Positions 32,538 to 43,035 are shown, counted from the first letter of the stretch. The stretch: DNA of 54,587 bases from an uncultured Desulfovibrionales bacterium (GCA_964435205.1 CAYSYZ010000001.1:1-54587); one strand, 5' to 3'. Made by a program: numbers and translations. Notes: generated from the sequence alone by a model not told the origin.

Positions 32538-33662
32538 TCAAGGATTGATTGTAAAACGCGGATTGCGGTTGCCCACGCTGCAAAGGATATCATAGCTGAT
32601 AGTCCCAGCCCCAGTTGCCACCTCATCTACTGAAATGACCTGGTCACCTTGCCTCCCGAAGATGACTACTTCATCATTGATGGCTACGCCTTCAATGTGG
32701 CTCACGTCAACCATTGTCAGACACATACACACAGTGCCAAGAACAGGTGCTCGCTTCTCTAGTACAAGGACCTCCCCGTGGTTGGAAAGAGACCGACTGT
32801 ATCCATTTTCATAGCCTACCGGTACTGCAGCAATGATTTTCGGGCTAGGAGCCATATACCTTCGGCCATAACTTATCGAAACACCGGCGGGCACCTTTCT
32901 AAGCTGTATAATTTTACTCTTGAAAGTCATAACCGGTTTTAGCCCCGCTATTTCTTGCATATTCTTGGAGGGATATGCTCCATAGATCATGATTCCCGGG
33001 CGCACGAGATTCATCCGTGCCGCCGGGTAAGCCATCAAAGCTGCTGAATTAGCAATGTGGTTTTGAGGCAAATCAAATCCCAAACGCCTGGCCACATCTA
33101 TAGCCTCATTAAAACGGCCTATTTGCATCAATGTATAATCCCGGTCACCACTATCTGCACAGGACAGGTGGGACATAAGCCCTAAGACTTCTATGCCTCC
33201 TTTGCCCCGGATATAGGAAAGGATGTCCGGCAGGTCAGCTATACTTACACCCAGACGTCCCATACCCGTATCCACCTTTATGTAAACACGCACCACCCGG
33301 TCTCTTTTCCGGGATTCTTTTGAGAGGGCATCTACAGTATCAAGGTCAAAGACAGCAGGAGAAAGGTTGAACTCAACAATCTCGAAGGGGTCCTTCTCTG
33401 ATTCTGGTAGGTGAAGAATAATGGGCGTCCAGATCCCGGCTTGCCTTAAAGTCACTGCCTCCTCTACGGTACCTACGAGGAAACCGTCAGCACCTTGCTC
33501 CTGGAGGGTCTGTGCCACCGGAATCAGACCATGTCCATAGGCATCTGCTTTTATTACCGGAAAAACGGCTACATCTGGCCCCGCCAGCCTCTTCGTTTCG
33601 GTGAAGTTATGCCTTATCGCGGCAAAATCGATTTCAACTCTATTTAGTACCATTTCATGCAC
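32538..33662 (-). CDS. alr: Alanine racemase
   Basis: PLP-lysine motif FPVIKADAYGHGL. 374 aa. Confidence 0.9.
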   Translation of the reverse strand: MHEMVLNRVEIDFAAIRHNFTETKRLAGPDVAVFPVIKADAYGHGLIPVAQTLQEQGADGFLVGTVEEAVTLRQAGIWTPIILHLPESEKDPFEIVEFNLSPAVFDLDTVDALSKESRKRDRVVRVYIKVDTGMGRLGVSIADLPDILSYIRGKGGIEVLGLMSHLSCADSGDRDYTLMQIGRFNEAIDVARRLGFDLPQNHIANSAALMAYPAARMNLVRPGIMIYGAYPSKNMQEIAGLKPVMTFKSKIIQLRKVPAGVSISYGRRYMAPSPKIIAAVPVGYENGYSRSLSNHGEVLVLEKRAPVLGTVCMCLTMVDVSHIEGVAINDEVVIFGRQGDQVISVDEVATGAGTISYDILCSVGNRNPRFTINP

Positions 33663-33738
33663 GGTAATTCCGTGCCGTTACTCCCTGAATAAGCTTGTCA
33701 TCAGCAATTTACCAGATTGTACCCGGTGTTACAAGGGC

Positions 33739-34542
33739 TTATTCTTGCCAGGGCCACAAGGTGCGAAGGTTTTCAAGGCTTTTTAAAACATCCTCTTCGC
33801 GATGAGGTTCAAGAGTAATTATTGGCCTGGGGGAGAAATTCTGGAGGAAGGAAAAAAGCAGGGTAAAATCGATTTTACCGGATCCCACGGCCAGATGTGC
33901 GTCTGTCTTCCCCAGATTATCGTGTAAATGAAGCTGTCCTAGATAAGGCCGCAGTTTTTGTAGCCAGTCTTCCATGTCCGTGCGGCCATACACATGCCAA
34001 TGGCCTATATCAAAACAGAAACGCACAGAGGGGGTATCAAGTTTTGAGAACAGCGCCAGGTGTATATCCGGTTTTTCCTCATAAACGTTTTCCAACATCA
34101 CGGTAGTTCCCACACCTTGGGCTAACTGTATTAAGGGCGACCAGGACTCAACACTTGTCTGCACCCAGGTCTTGACCTGGTTTTGATAGCGTTGGTCATC
34201 AAAACCCGTGTGGCAGACAATACTCAAAGGCTCAAATATCGGCAGTAGCTCAAAAGCTTGCCGCAGACGCCTCATGGTTGCCGAACGCATAATCGGATCC
34301 GGCGAGCCTGGCACCATGTCCATAAACGGAGCGTGCAGGGTAACCGAAAGACCCTCTCCACGGAAGGTGCAGGCTATTTCGGTAAACTGGGCTGGAGAAA
34401 ATTCGTCAAGGGCCCTGCTATCTATGCCGATCTCCGGATTAATACGCATCTTTAAGATAGCCGGAAGGTATTTGCTTTTCAGCAAAGTAAAAGGAACATT
34501 GATCTGCACGGCAGGAATCAAACTACTCACCGCTGATGGCAC
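33739..34542 (-). CDS. Xylose-isomerase-like TIM-barrel protein (AP endonuclease family 2 fold; sugar phosphate isomerase/epimerase or phosphodiesterase-like)
   Basis: Metal-site pattern LHAPF, MLENVYEE, CFDIGHWHV, LHLHDN. GTG start is uncertain, with several alternatives downstream. Confidence 0.6.
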   Translation of the reverse strand: MPSAVSSLIPAVQINVPFTLLKSKYLPAILKMRINPEIGIDSRALDEFSPAQFTEIACTFRGEGLSVTLHAPFMDMVPGSPDPIMRSATMRRLRQAFELLPIFEPLSIVCHTGFDDQRYQNQVKTWVQTSVESWSPLIQLAQGVGTTVMLENVYEEKPDIHLALFSKLDTPSVRFCFDIGHWHVYGRTDMEDWLQKLRPYLGQLHLHDNLGKTDAHLAVGSGKIDFTLLFSFLQNFSPRPIITLEPHREEDVLKSLENLRTLWPWQE

Positions 34543-34620
34543 CTCGAAACGCTTCCAAAGCCAACATAGTATCTTTTAGCCTTTACATCAAGACCAGAAG
34601 ACGTACAAACCGATAACATC

Positions 34621-34649
34621 TTGACATGTCTATGCAAAATGAGTAACGT
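34621..34649 (+). promoter_or_regulatory. Putative promoter of the cNMP/PilZ gene
   Basis: TTGACA (34621-34626), 17 nt, TAACGT (34644-34649). The ATG is at 34704. Confidence 0.3.
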
Positions 34650-34703
34650 ACCATTCCAAAGTAAATTCTCAGCCCCAAGGTGTATCCCAAGGAGCAATAA
34701 GCC

Positions 34704-35402
34704 ATGTTTGCTATAGTCAATGAAATACAATTTCAGGATGGAGACTATATATTTAAAGAAGGAAGCTACGGGGACTGGATCTACGTGATCCTATCCGGCC
34801 AAGTGGAAATCGCGAAATATTGCCGGGGCAAAAAGGTAACCATAGAGACCTTGAAAGAGGGCGAGGTTTTTGGAGAAATGAGTTTTGTGGACAGAACACC
34901 GCGGTCTGCCTCGGCCGTTGCGAAGGGTAAAGTCTCCATTGGCATACTGGATCGTAATCTTCTCGACAACGAGTATAATAGGCTGTCTCAGGATTTGCGT
35001 TTTGTATTCAAGGCATTGGTCAAACGCCTCCGTGAAACTACCAACAAAGTCAGCGCAATCTCTGGACGTGAGGGCCCACGGCTAGAAAAAACATTAGACA
35101 TCAAATTCAGGTCAGGTCGGGATTTTAGCAAGGCCTACACGGTTAACATAGGCGGCGGTGGCTTGCTGGCAAGGGTTAACGAGCCGCTGGCTGTAGGGAC
35201 AACATGTACGGTAAGCTTTAATCTCCCGGGAGAGAACCTTCCTATCGAGACGAACTGTCAGGTGGTATGGTCAAGCCTGGGGAGTGGAGCAGATAAAGAG
35301 ATAATACTGGCCGGGCTGCGATTTTTAGACATAAAAGCGGAAGACAAAAATAGGATTAACGCTTACGTAGAAAGAGTCCTCCAAGATGAACAAAAACGAT
35401 AA
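34704..35402 (+). CDS. Cyclic-nucleotide-binding domain / PilZ domain fusion protein
   Basis: cNMP-binding beta-roll FKEGSYGDWIYVILSGQVEI...GEVFGEMSFVDRTPRSASAVA. C-terminal PilZ-like RxxxR (REGPR, 35067-35081) and N-x-G-x-x-G (NIGGGG, 35145-35162). AAGGAG RBS. Confidence 0.7.
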   Translation: MFAIVNEIQFQDGDYIFKEGSYGDWIYVILSGQVEIAKYCRGKKVTIETLKEGEVFGEMSFVDRTPRSASAVAKGKVSIGILDRNLLDNEYNRLSQDLRFVFKALVKRLRETTNKVSAISGREGPRLEKTLDIKFRSGRDFSKAYTVNIGGGGLLARVNEPLAVGTTCTVSFNLPGENLPIETNCQVVWSSLGSGADKEIILAGLRFLDIKAEDKNRINAYVERVLQDEQKR

Positions 35403-35473
35403 CACGTACCACTAAAAATCATGCGTGAAGTGAAAAAAATCTGAAGAAGGACTGAGTTAAAACCCCACCAAAG

Positions 35474-36886
35474 ATGCCACCAAAAGGCGAGACAAGCAAC
35501 CGGTTACGAAACATCCCGTCAGTCGACGAGATATTATCTCTGCCTGAAACACAGTCATTACTGGATAAGCATCCTCGCCGCCTGGTGGTATCTGCAGTTC
35601 GCCAGTCATTGGAAAAAATCCGATCCCGGATTCTCGCCAATCCATCGACCATTGTGGATACTTCGCCTACCAATATCTTGGATTCGCTGAAAGAATTGTT
35701 GCAGCAAACCGGCCGACCCAGTCTCCGCCCGGTTATAAACGCCACGGGAGTGGTTATCCATACCAACCTCGGCCGATCTCTATTGTCCGATGCTGCAGTT
35801 GAACATATGGATATTATTGCTACCGGTTATTCGAATCTCGAATTCGACCTGACCACCGGGCAACGGGGCAGTCGATATCAGCATGTGGAAGAAATACTCC
35901 GCCATTTAACCGGCGCCGAAGCTGCTCTCGTCGTCAACAATAACGCTGCCGCCGTGCTCCTGGTGCTTGATACCTTAGCCAAGGGCAAAGAGGTTATTGT
36001 TTCTCGCGGGCAACTGGTAGAAATTGGCGGTGCCTTCCGCATTCCAGACATAATGTCACGAAGTGGGGCCCGGTTGGTCGAGGTGGGCACAACTAACCGC
36101 ACCCACCTCGCAGACTACGAAAAAGCTATAAACGAGAATACGGCCTTCCTTATGAAGGTCCACACCAGTAACTTCCAGATAGTAGGCTTTACCGCCGAAG
36201 TCGCCTTGTCTGATCTGGTTGCACTGGGTAAAAGATATAATCTCCCGGTAGTGGAAGACCTTGGAAGCGGAAGTTTCATCGATCTCTCCCGCTACGGGTT
36301 CCTTAAAGAACCCACAGTCCAGGAAGTGCTCAAGGCTGGGGCAGATATAGTGACCTTCAGCGGTGACAAATTATTGGGAGGGCCACAGGCTGGCATTTTG
36401 CTCGGCCGTGATAAACTTATCAGACAGATCAGAGAGAACCCCCTGAACAGGGCGTTGAGAATCGATAAGCTGACCCTTGCCAGTCTGGAACAAACCTTAA
36501 GACTTTATCTTGATGAGGCAAAGGCTGTCACCCAGATACCTACCTTAAGATTACTGGCGCTCCCCTTTACTGAAATCAACAAAAGCGCCTTACGGCTTTA
36601 CCGTCGTCTGAAAAGAGCAGCAACGGACGGTCTTTCTTTACAGGTTATAACCGTGGACTCTCAGGTAGGTGGTGGGGCTCTGCCCCTTCAGAAACTGCCG
36701 AGTAGGGCCGTAGCCATTAAACCGAAAAAATTCTCTGTCGTGGAATTGGAAGCCAGGATGCGGAGCCTTCCCCGCCCCGTTATTGGCCGAATTGAAAATG
36801 ATCAGTTTATCATGGATCTGCGCACCATAAAAGATAGAGATATCTCGTATATCGTTGACGCTATCAAAATGATCGTCTTCAAGTGA
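35474..36886 (+). CDS. selA: L-seryl-tRNA(Sec) selenium transferase
   Basis: N-terminal LRNIPSVDEIL and PLP-lysine motif FSGDKLLGGPQAG. 470 aa. Confidence 0.9.
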   Translation: MPPKGETSNRLRNIPSVDEILSLPETQSLLDKHPRRLVVSAVRQSLEKIRSRILANPSTIVDTSPTNILDSLKELLQQTGRPSLRPVINATGVVIHTNLGRSLLSDAAVEHMDIIATGYSNLEFDLTTGQRGSRYQHVEEILRHLTGAEAALVVNNNAAAVLLVLDTLAKGKEVIVSRGQLVEIGGAFRIPDIMSRSGARLVEVGTTNRTHLADYEKAINENTAFLMKVHTSNFQIVGFTAEVALSDLVALGKRYNLPVVEDLGSGSFIDLSRYGFLKEPTVQEVLKAGADIVTFSGDKLLGGPQAGILLGRDKLIRQIRENPLNRALRIDKLTLASLEQTLRLYLDEAKAVTQIPTLRLLALPFTEINKSALRLYRRLKRAATDGLSLQVITVDSQVGGGALPLQKLPSRAVAIKPKKFSVVELEARMRSLPRPVIGRIENDQFIMDLRTIKDRDISYIVDAIKMIVFK

Positions 36887-39144
36887 CCTCCTTTGAGAAG
36901 AGCCTCTTCATGGTTTCATTAGATCCACAAGATGTACTTTTTTTTCAGAATTATCTGAAGAAAGATCTGAATCTGCTATTCCAGAGCAAAGACATCATCC
37001 TTTTGCCCGCAAACTCTGCCCCAGGTCTTTTTACACCAATGCTCACTGAAGACAAAATGAAAGAGGTCCTTTCCGGCTCCTTCCCGGTGGTTGATAGAGC
37101 CAACAACTCAGTTTTGTTGCCGCTTATCTGGCAGAATGAGCCACTCGGTCTAGCCATTCTTAAGGAAGTAGCCGGAACGTTCGACAAAAAAATACTATCC
37201 GAGCAATGGCCAAAGCTCAGCCAGGTGATTCTGGAAAAGGTCCAGCTATATAAGGCATATTTTAGGGATGGCAACATCCTGGCCACCGAAGTTTTCAAAG
37301 ATACTCTACTCGACCTAATAAAGGCATGTCTGAAAGGAGAGGGGAACAAAGCGCCCTCTGTGCGGGATAGTATTACAACCTCTCCTGGTAATTTTTCCAT
37401 AATTTTTCTGGAACTACTCCCCAAGACATCCAAGGCCTATCCCGGCCACAAGCAATTGCCTCCGCTCACGGCAGACGCAGAAACAGACGATCGGGATGAC
37501 TTTTGGAAGACCGTGGTAGCAGCCATAAAAAATAGGCTATCCGGTATCGGTTTCACCTATTTGTTTCGCATAAACAGATCTACCTTGGCCATCATTATAC
37601 CTTCTTGTGACATAGACAAGGGGCGCAATATAGCCAGGCTTGTGCTCAAGACTATCAAGAAAAGCTGTTTTATCGCGGATAAAGTCAGCAGGTTTAGGTG
37701 GAATATCGCCGTAGGCCTTTTATTCTACCCATCAAACGGCAAAAAAGAACATGGGCTAGAAAAGTTATATGACCTGCTTATCGAGAAGGGGCGGGAGACC
37801 CTGGCCGTAGCCAGAAGCAGACCCATCTATCCCATCTGCCTATCCAGCGAGATAGACCAAAACATCGGCCTGAAAATGGTGAAACATATCCACATGGTTG
37901 TAGATAATCTAAGGAAAAAATGGGGCAAAATAGGCAATTTTTCCCTCATATTAACAAAATACGATGCCCAGAGCGGAAAAGACCACCATAGGCCCTCTTG
38001 GAACAAAATACAGTCTTGGTTATCAGCGGAGCAGTCGATCGTTTCGTGTACCGGGGATTATGGCTTTCTTTTCTTGCCAAAAACAAACCCGGAAGAGGCG
38101 CTCATTGTAGGGAGAAACCTACAACATCAGATAAAGGAAAAATGCGGCCAGACCGTATCCATGGGTTTAGCCAGTTATCCCTTGCTCAGATATAAAAAAG
38201 AAGATGTCCCATTTAACGCATACAAGGCACTCGTACATACAGGTTTCTTTGGGCCGGACACCATCACCCCCTTTGATGCCGTAAGTCTTAACATAAGCGG
38301 GGATATGTTTTTCAATGGCGGTCACATCCATGCGGCTATCATGGAATACAGAAAAGGACTGTCCCTCGACCGACAGAACGTTAATCTACTAAACAGCCTT
38401 GGGGTTTGCTACGCGCAACTCAAGTACTGTAAAAGGGCTATCTCCTGTTTCGAAGAAACCTTGGCCATTGATAAAGATAGTTTTATGGCCCGGTACAATT
38501 TGGGCTCTGTCTATCTCAAAGCTGGTATGCCAGACAAGGCTCTTCCTGCCCTGGAACAAGCGGCCTCATTGAATGGCAATCATTTTGACGTTCTCTTCCA
38601 ACTTGGAAAATTATCACAGGAGCAGAAGAGGTGGGTTGACGCTATTAATTATTTTCAAAAAGCAGCCCGGTGTCCGGATGCAAAAGGCTACATCTACCGG
38701 TTCATAGGTGAGTCTTCCCTTGCCTTGAATCTAAAAAAAGAATCCATGGCTGCATTTAAGAAAGCCGTCAAGGTCAACCCGGCCGACGCCTTTTCCTTCA
38801 GTCGTTTGGGTGTCCTCTATGCGGAACTAAAAAACGACCTCGAAATTGCCCATGTGCTATGTCAAAAGGCGCTCGAAATGGATAGCCAGAGCGGTCTCTG
38901 CTGGAAAACAATGGGGCAAGTTCATTATCTTAAGAATGATTATCCTCAGGCGATCTATCATTTGAAAGAGGCGCAGCTGCGGACGAAAAATGACCCTGAA
39001 ATTCATTATTACCTGGGTTTGGTTTACGAAAAAATGGGTAAGGTATCGGAAGCCAGGAAAAAATGGCAGAATGCTCTGAAGATCGACCATTCTTTTAAAG
39101 AAGCCCAAGAAGCCCTTCAGTCCACAGCAGCAACTGATAAATAA
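36883..39144 (+). CDS. Multidomain protein: unknown N-terminal region, two degenerate GGDEF-like modules, C-terminal TPR repeats
   Basis: Module 2 reads VSCTGDYGFLFLPKTNPEEALIVGRNLQHQIKEK..TVSMGLASYP...AYKALVHTGFFGPDTITPF, the GGDEF-domain layout with GGDEF replaced by TGDYG. Module 1 reads FRINRSTLAIIIPSCD...WNIAVGLLFYP. At least 6 TPR-like repeats from about residue 480. GTG start overlaps the selA TGA. ATG 36910 is the alternative. Confidence 0.6.
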   Translation: MTSFEKSLFMVSLDPQDVLFFQNYLKKDLNLLFQSKDIILLPANSAPGLFTPMLTEDKMKEVLSGSFPVVDRANNSVLLPLIWQNEPLGLAILKEVAGTFDKKILSEQWPKLSQVILEKVQLYKAYFRDGNILATEVFKDTLLDLIKACLKGEGNKAPSVRDSITTSPGNFSIIFLELLPKTSKAYPGHKQLPPLTADAETDDRDDFWKTVVAAIKNRLSGIGFTYLFRINRSTLAIIIPSCDIDKGRNIARLVLKTIKKSCFIADKVSRFRWNIAVGLLFYPSNGKKEHGLEKLYDLLIEKGRETLAVARSRPIYPICLSSEIDQNIGLKMVKHIHMVVDNLRKKWGKIGNFSLILTKYDAQSGKDHHRPSWNKIQSWLSAEQSIVSCTGDYGFLFLPKTNPEEALIVGRNLQHQIKEKCGQTVSMGLASYPLLRYKKEDVPFNAYKALVHTGFFGPDTITPFDAVSLNISGDMFFNGGHIHAAIMEYRKGLSLDRQNVNLLNSLGVCYAQLKYCKRAISCFEETLAIDKDSFMARYNLGSVYLKAGMPDKALPALEQAASLNGNHFDVLFQLGKLSQEQKRWVDAINYFQKAARCPDAKGYIYRFIGESSLALNLKKESMAAFKKAVKVNPADAFSFSRLGVLYAELKNDLEIAHVLCQKALEMDSQSGLCWKTMGQVHYLKNDYPQAIYHLKEAQLRTKNDPEIHYYLGLVYEKMGKVSEARKKWQNALKIDHSFKEAQEALQSTAATDK

Positions 39145-39242
39145 AAAAATCTGTCCCGGCCAAAGTTCTAGTCGCTACCTCTTTTCCAGACATCAATATT
39201 TCCGCCTTTCCCCAAAACAATCTTTATGCTTTAATGTTTACA

Positions 39243-39270
39243 TTTACACCATCGTAGTCTTTCCGATAAT
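39243..39270 (+). promoter_or_regulatory. Putative promoter of the GAF-gap unit
   Basis: TTTACA (39243-39248), 16 nt, GATAAT (39265-39270). The ATG is at 39329. Confidence 0.3.
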
Positions 39271-39328
39271 ATATAGACTTAGCGAATCATGTGAGATAAA
39301 AAGCCTAGCAAGGGGGAAAGCTAATTTT

Positions 39329-39892
39329 ATGGCAAACAAAGAAAAAGATTATTACCGGTCTCTCTACGAGGTGGCTAGAGTTATAAACTCCAGCCTTGAT
39401 CCGACAACCGTCTTGGAGAAAATAGCAGAACACGTTACTTTGGCTATGGAGGCCAAGGCCTGTTCCATAAGACTGCTCGATAAGCAAGGCAAGCGTTTAC
39501 TTGTGGGAGCTGCTTATGGCCTGACCAGGGGTTACCTGCGCAAGGGTGCAGTAGAAGTAGAAAAAAGTGGGATTGACCAGGAAGCCCTTGCCGGTAATAA
39601 AGTCGCTATCCGCAATGCCTGCACCGATCCACGCTTTCAATATCCAGAAAAAGCAAAAGAGGAGGGCATTGCCTCGGTAATGGTTGTACCTCTTATGGTG
39701 GAAGATCGAGCAATAGGTGTCCTCCGTGTTTACTCGGCCACGTGCAGGGATTTTACCCCTGAGGAAACAGAATTCTTGACTGCCATAGCCAACCTAAGTG
39801 CCATTGCCATCGAGAATGCCCGATTACATCAAGCGCTGAAAGCGGATTATGAGCTACTGGCCGCTTACGAGTATAGACTCTTCGACGATTAA
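39329..39892 (+). CDS. Stand-alone GAF domain protein
   Basis: [30 protein letters not shown] and [22 protein letters not shown] are the typical start and end of a GAF domain. 187 aa. Confidence 0.75.
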   Translation: MANKEKDYYRSLYEVARVINSSLDPTTVLEKIAEHVTLAMEAKACSIRLLDKQGKRLLVGAAYGLTRGYLRKGAVEVEKSGIDQEALAGNKVAIRNACTDPRFQYPEKAKEEGIASVMVVPLMVEDRAIGVLRVYSATCRDFTPEETEFLTAIANLSAIAIENARLHQALKADYELLAAYEYRLFDD

Positions 39893-39909
39893 AAACAGGA
39901 GAAACCACC

Positions 39910-40926
39910 ATGAGAAAAGCAAAAATAGGTATAAACGGGTTTGGACGCATCGGCCGTCAGGTGCTAAAGGCCATACTCGAAAGGCATTCGGAAAATTTGC
40001 AAGTAGCAGCGATTAATGACCTTTTTGACGTGCACACCAATATCCATCTGCTGAAATACGACACGAACTACGGGCGATTTAACGTCCAGGCAGAAATTCG
40101 TGAAGGCGAAATGGTGGTGGGTAACTGGATAATTCAAAATTTTTCTGAGCGCGATCCCGCACAGATACCGTGGCACGATTTCGATGTAGACATTGTTATT
40201 GAATCCACCGGCCTTTTCCGTACCGGACCAAAGGCCAACCTGCACAGAGAAGCAGGGGCCAAAAAAGTAATCATAAGCGCTCCGGCCAAGGAAGAGGACA
40301 TTACAATCGTTATGGGGGTCAATGAGCGCGATTATGACCCGGTCAGGCACAATATAATCTCAAACGCCTCCTGCACCACTAACTGTCTGGCCCCACCGGC
40401 AAAGGCTATTAACGATCATTTCGGCATTATTAAAGGTGTCATGACCACTGTACATTCCTATACCAACGATCAGCGCATCCTCGATCTGCCCCATAAGGAT
40501 CTGCGGAGGGCCCGGGCGGCCGCCTGCAATATAATCCCTACCTCGACCGGAGCAGCGAAAGCACTGGCACTGGTTATACCGGAACTCAAGGGCAAGGTCG
40601 ATGGTTATTCATTAAGGGTTCCCACTCCGACTGTATCCGTGGTAGATTTTGCGGCCGTACTGGAGAAAAACACCACCACAGACGACCTGAGGCAAATACT
40701 GAAAAACGCTGCCAGCGGGCCATTAAAAGGCATAATGTCTTATGTAGAGGATTCTCTGGTTTCGTCCGATTTTAAAGGTGATCCCCATTCCAGCATAATC
40801 GATGCCGAATTTACACAAGTAATGGGAGGTAACCTGGCAAAAGTGGTCTGCTGGTATGACAATGAATGGGCTTACTCCTGTCGGCTTGCTGACTTAGCCA
40901 ATGTTATAGCCCAAAAGGGGATTTAA
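39910..40926 (+). CDS. gap: Type I glyceraldehyde-3-phosphate dehydrogenase
   Basis: [10 protein letters not shown] and active-site [12 protein letters not shown]. 338 aa. Confidence 0.95.
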   Translation: MRKAKIGINGFGRIGRQVLKAILERHSENLQVAAINDLFDVHTNIHLLKYDTNYGRFNVQAEIREGEMVVGNWIIQNFSERDPAQIPWHDFDVDIVIESTGLFRTGPKANLHREAGAKKVIISAPAKEEDITIVMGVNERDYDPVRHNIISNASCTTNCLAPPAKAINDHFGIIKGVMTTVHSYTNDQRILDLPHKDLRRARAAACNIIPTSTGAAKALALVIPELKGKVDGYSLRVPTPTVSVVDFAAVLEKNTTTDDLRQILKNAASGPLKGIMSYVEDSLVSSDFKGDPHSSIIDAEFTQVMGGNLAKVVCWYDNEWAYSCRLADLANVIAQKGI

Positions 40927-41049
40927 GCCGATGCACTGATGACGAATGCTGAAAAGAAAACTAGATGTAACTGGCTTGGTCATCGCCTAAGCGGGTCTGC
41001 AAATCTCGGGTCCGGATGTAGCAGCAGAAGAGAAGACCACAGAGGTACA

Positions 41050-42900
41050 TCATCGGCGCTGACCGGGAAACAAAACCGAGGCCTTCCTCACTTTTGCCCA
41101 GGCCCTGAAGCTTTTTAGGGCCACCAACACCACGCCTATCGCCAAGGCTATGAGAGTGAGAGTAGCACCGGTTAACACATAATTTCCTGCAGCCAGATAC
41201 CCATCCTTCTTAACCAGAAGATAGAAAAGCGAAAAGATCGTTGTACCCATCATGAACAAGGCTGGAAGCACAGTAACGGGGCTGGCCGCTTTGCCTTGGC
41301 GAACAAACCATATACTGACTGCCGTCAGCGTGAGGCCAGCCAGAAGCTGGTTTGCCGTACCGAACACCGGCCAGAGCATGAAAAAGGCCTGCTTATACGC
41401 CAGGGCGTACATAATAACTACCGAAAGCCCCGCGTTAAAAAGATATGATCTTAATAAACGGGGGACTTGCTTAAATATAACACCCCATAACTCCTCGAAA
41501 AGATAACGATTTAATCTGACCGCCGTATCCAGCGTGGTGGCTAAAAACCCCTCGACCAGGAGGATTCCAAATATCGTCCCAAGATAGACTGGTACGTTCA
41601 GAGAATTACTCATAACCCGCCCGGTCGCCAGGGCAAAGGCCAGAACCGGGTTGCTTCTAGTGCCAGGGATATCCGGAAAGACTGTTCCCAAGTACTCGCT
41701 ATAGGACAGGCCACCGGCAACTATTATCAGGACAATAACCGCCAATAAACCTTCAAGCAGCATGGCTCCGTAACCTATTTTCTTAGCGTCACTCTCACAT
41801 GCACACTGTTTGCAAGTGGTACCACCAGATACCAGAGCATGAAACCCGGAAATGGCTCCGCAGGCTATGGTGATGAAGAGAACTGGCCACAGGAGACCAA
41901 GCTTCACTGCACCCAGGTTTATATTTATTAACGGGGCACGAACTGTTGCCCCTGAGAGGCCGGCTACAGCAATAGAGACCGTAAGAAGTATGATGCCGGT
42001 ATAAAGAATGAAGGAGTTAATATAGTCCCTTGGCTGAAGGATAATCCATACCGGGATGCCCGCCGCCACCAGAGCATAGAGAGAGAGAACAAGCATCCAG
42101 ATGGTTGGGGAAAGGCTCAAAGGATATTTAAAGCCTATGACCACGGAAGAAAGGCATATGGTAAAGGCCATTATCGCCCCCAAGCCGGTTCCAACCTTCT
42201 TCCTATAAAGGATGTAGCCGACAATGGGAGCCATGAAAGTAATGAAGATGGCAGACGTAGACGCAATACCGCCGATAGCCGCCCGGACCGTCTTTGTCCC
42301 CGCAACCGTCACCGTGCGCAGAATAGTCTGACTCTCATCTAGCCCTATAATATCAAGGTTCACGACAGAGGTTAAAGCAGTAGCCGTAAGCCTGAGAAAC
42401 GCCCCCATTACCAAGAAAACCATGGTCAGGGTGAAAAGGATGAATAAGACAAAGCCCGCCTTGCCCATGGATATACGGGCCACCTCGGCCATAGAGCGCC
42501 CCTTTTCGCGCATGCTGACAAATAGGGCTGTATAGTCGTGCACAGCGCCAAAAAAAATGGCACCGGCAACAATCCATATCCAGGCCGGAGCAAAACCGTA
42601 AATCAAAGCCACCACCGGACCAATGATAGGGCCGGCACCGGCTATGGAAGCAAAATGATGAGAAAACACGACGGGAAGCTTTGTGGGCACATAATCAACA
42701 CCATCATAATGGGTAACGGCAGGGACCCCATTATCATCGGACGCACCGAGCATACGCTCGATACGACCCGCATAGAATTTGTATGCAAGAAAAAAGACAC
42801 CAACACTGATTACGAGAAAAACGAGGACATTCACTTGAGCTAAATCCTGCCCAGTAACCGCTTGCCTATACTTCCCCTGCCCAGGAAAATTCTGTTTCAA
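41050..42900 (-). CDS. cstA: Carbon starvation protein A family transporter
   Basis: About 600 aa with many TM helices and CstA-like blocks (FSHHFASIAGAGPIIGPV, ISGFHALVSGGTT). The TTG start at 42900 is weakly supported. GTG 42834 is the alternative. Confidence 0.8.
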   Translation of the reverse strand: MKQNFPGQGKYRQAVTGQDLAQVNVLVFLVISVGVFFLAYKFYAGRIERMLGASDDNGVPAVTHYDGVDYVPTKLPVVFSHHFASIAGAGPIIGPVVALIYGFAPAWIWIVAGAIFFGAVHDYTALFVSMREKGRSMAEVARISMGKAGFVLFILFTLTMVFLVMGAFLRLTATALTSVVNLDIIGLDESQTILRTVTVAGTKTVRAAIGGIASTSAIFITFMAPIVGYILYRKKVGTGLGAIMAFTICLSSVVIGFKYPLSLSPTIWMLVLSLYALVAAGIPVWIILQPRDYINSFILYTGIILLTVSIAVAGLSGATVRAPLININLGAVKLGLLWPVLFITIACGAISGFHALVSGGTTCKQCACESDAKKIGYGAMLLEGLLAVIVLIIVAGGLSYSEYLGTVFPDIPGTRSNPVLAFALATGRVMSNSLNVPVYLGTIFGILLVEGFLATTLDTAVRLNRYLFEELWGVIFKQVPRLLRSYLFNAGLSVVIMYALAYKQAFFMLWPVFGTANQLLAGLTLTAVSIWFVRQGKAASPVTVLPALFMMGTTIFSLFYLLVKKDGYLAAGNYVLTGATLTLIALAIGVVLVALKSFRAWAKVRKASVLFPGQRR

Positions 42901-43035
42901 AGGCGCCTACAAAATAATCCTAAGGGATAGTTTTGCCAACAGAAAAACATCGCCGGTTTCAGTTTGCCAATGCGTTTAACGATAAGAGACAAAGGAAGAT
43001 GCGTAGTTCCCATCTTTCTGCGGAGCTACAAGAAT

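Noticed and set aside
36951-37433. 160-aa minus-strand ORF inside the GGDEF-like/TPR gene
   Set aside because: It is an antisense shadow ORF with no motif.
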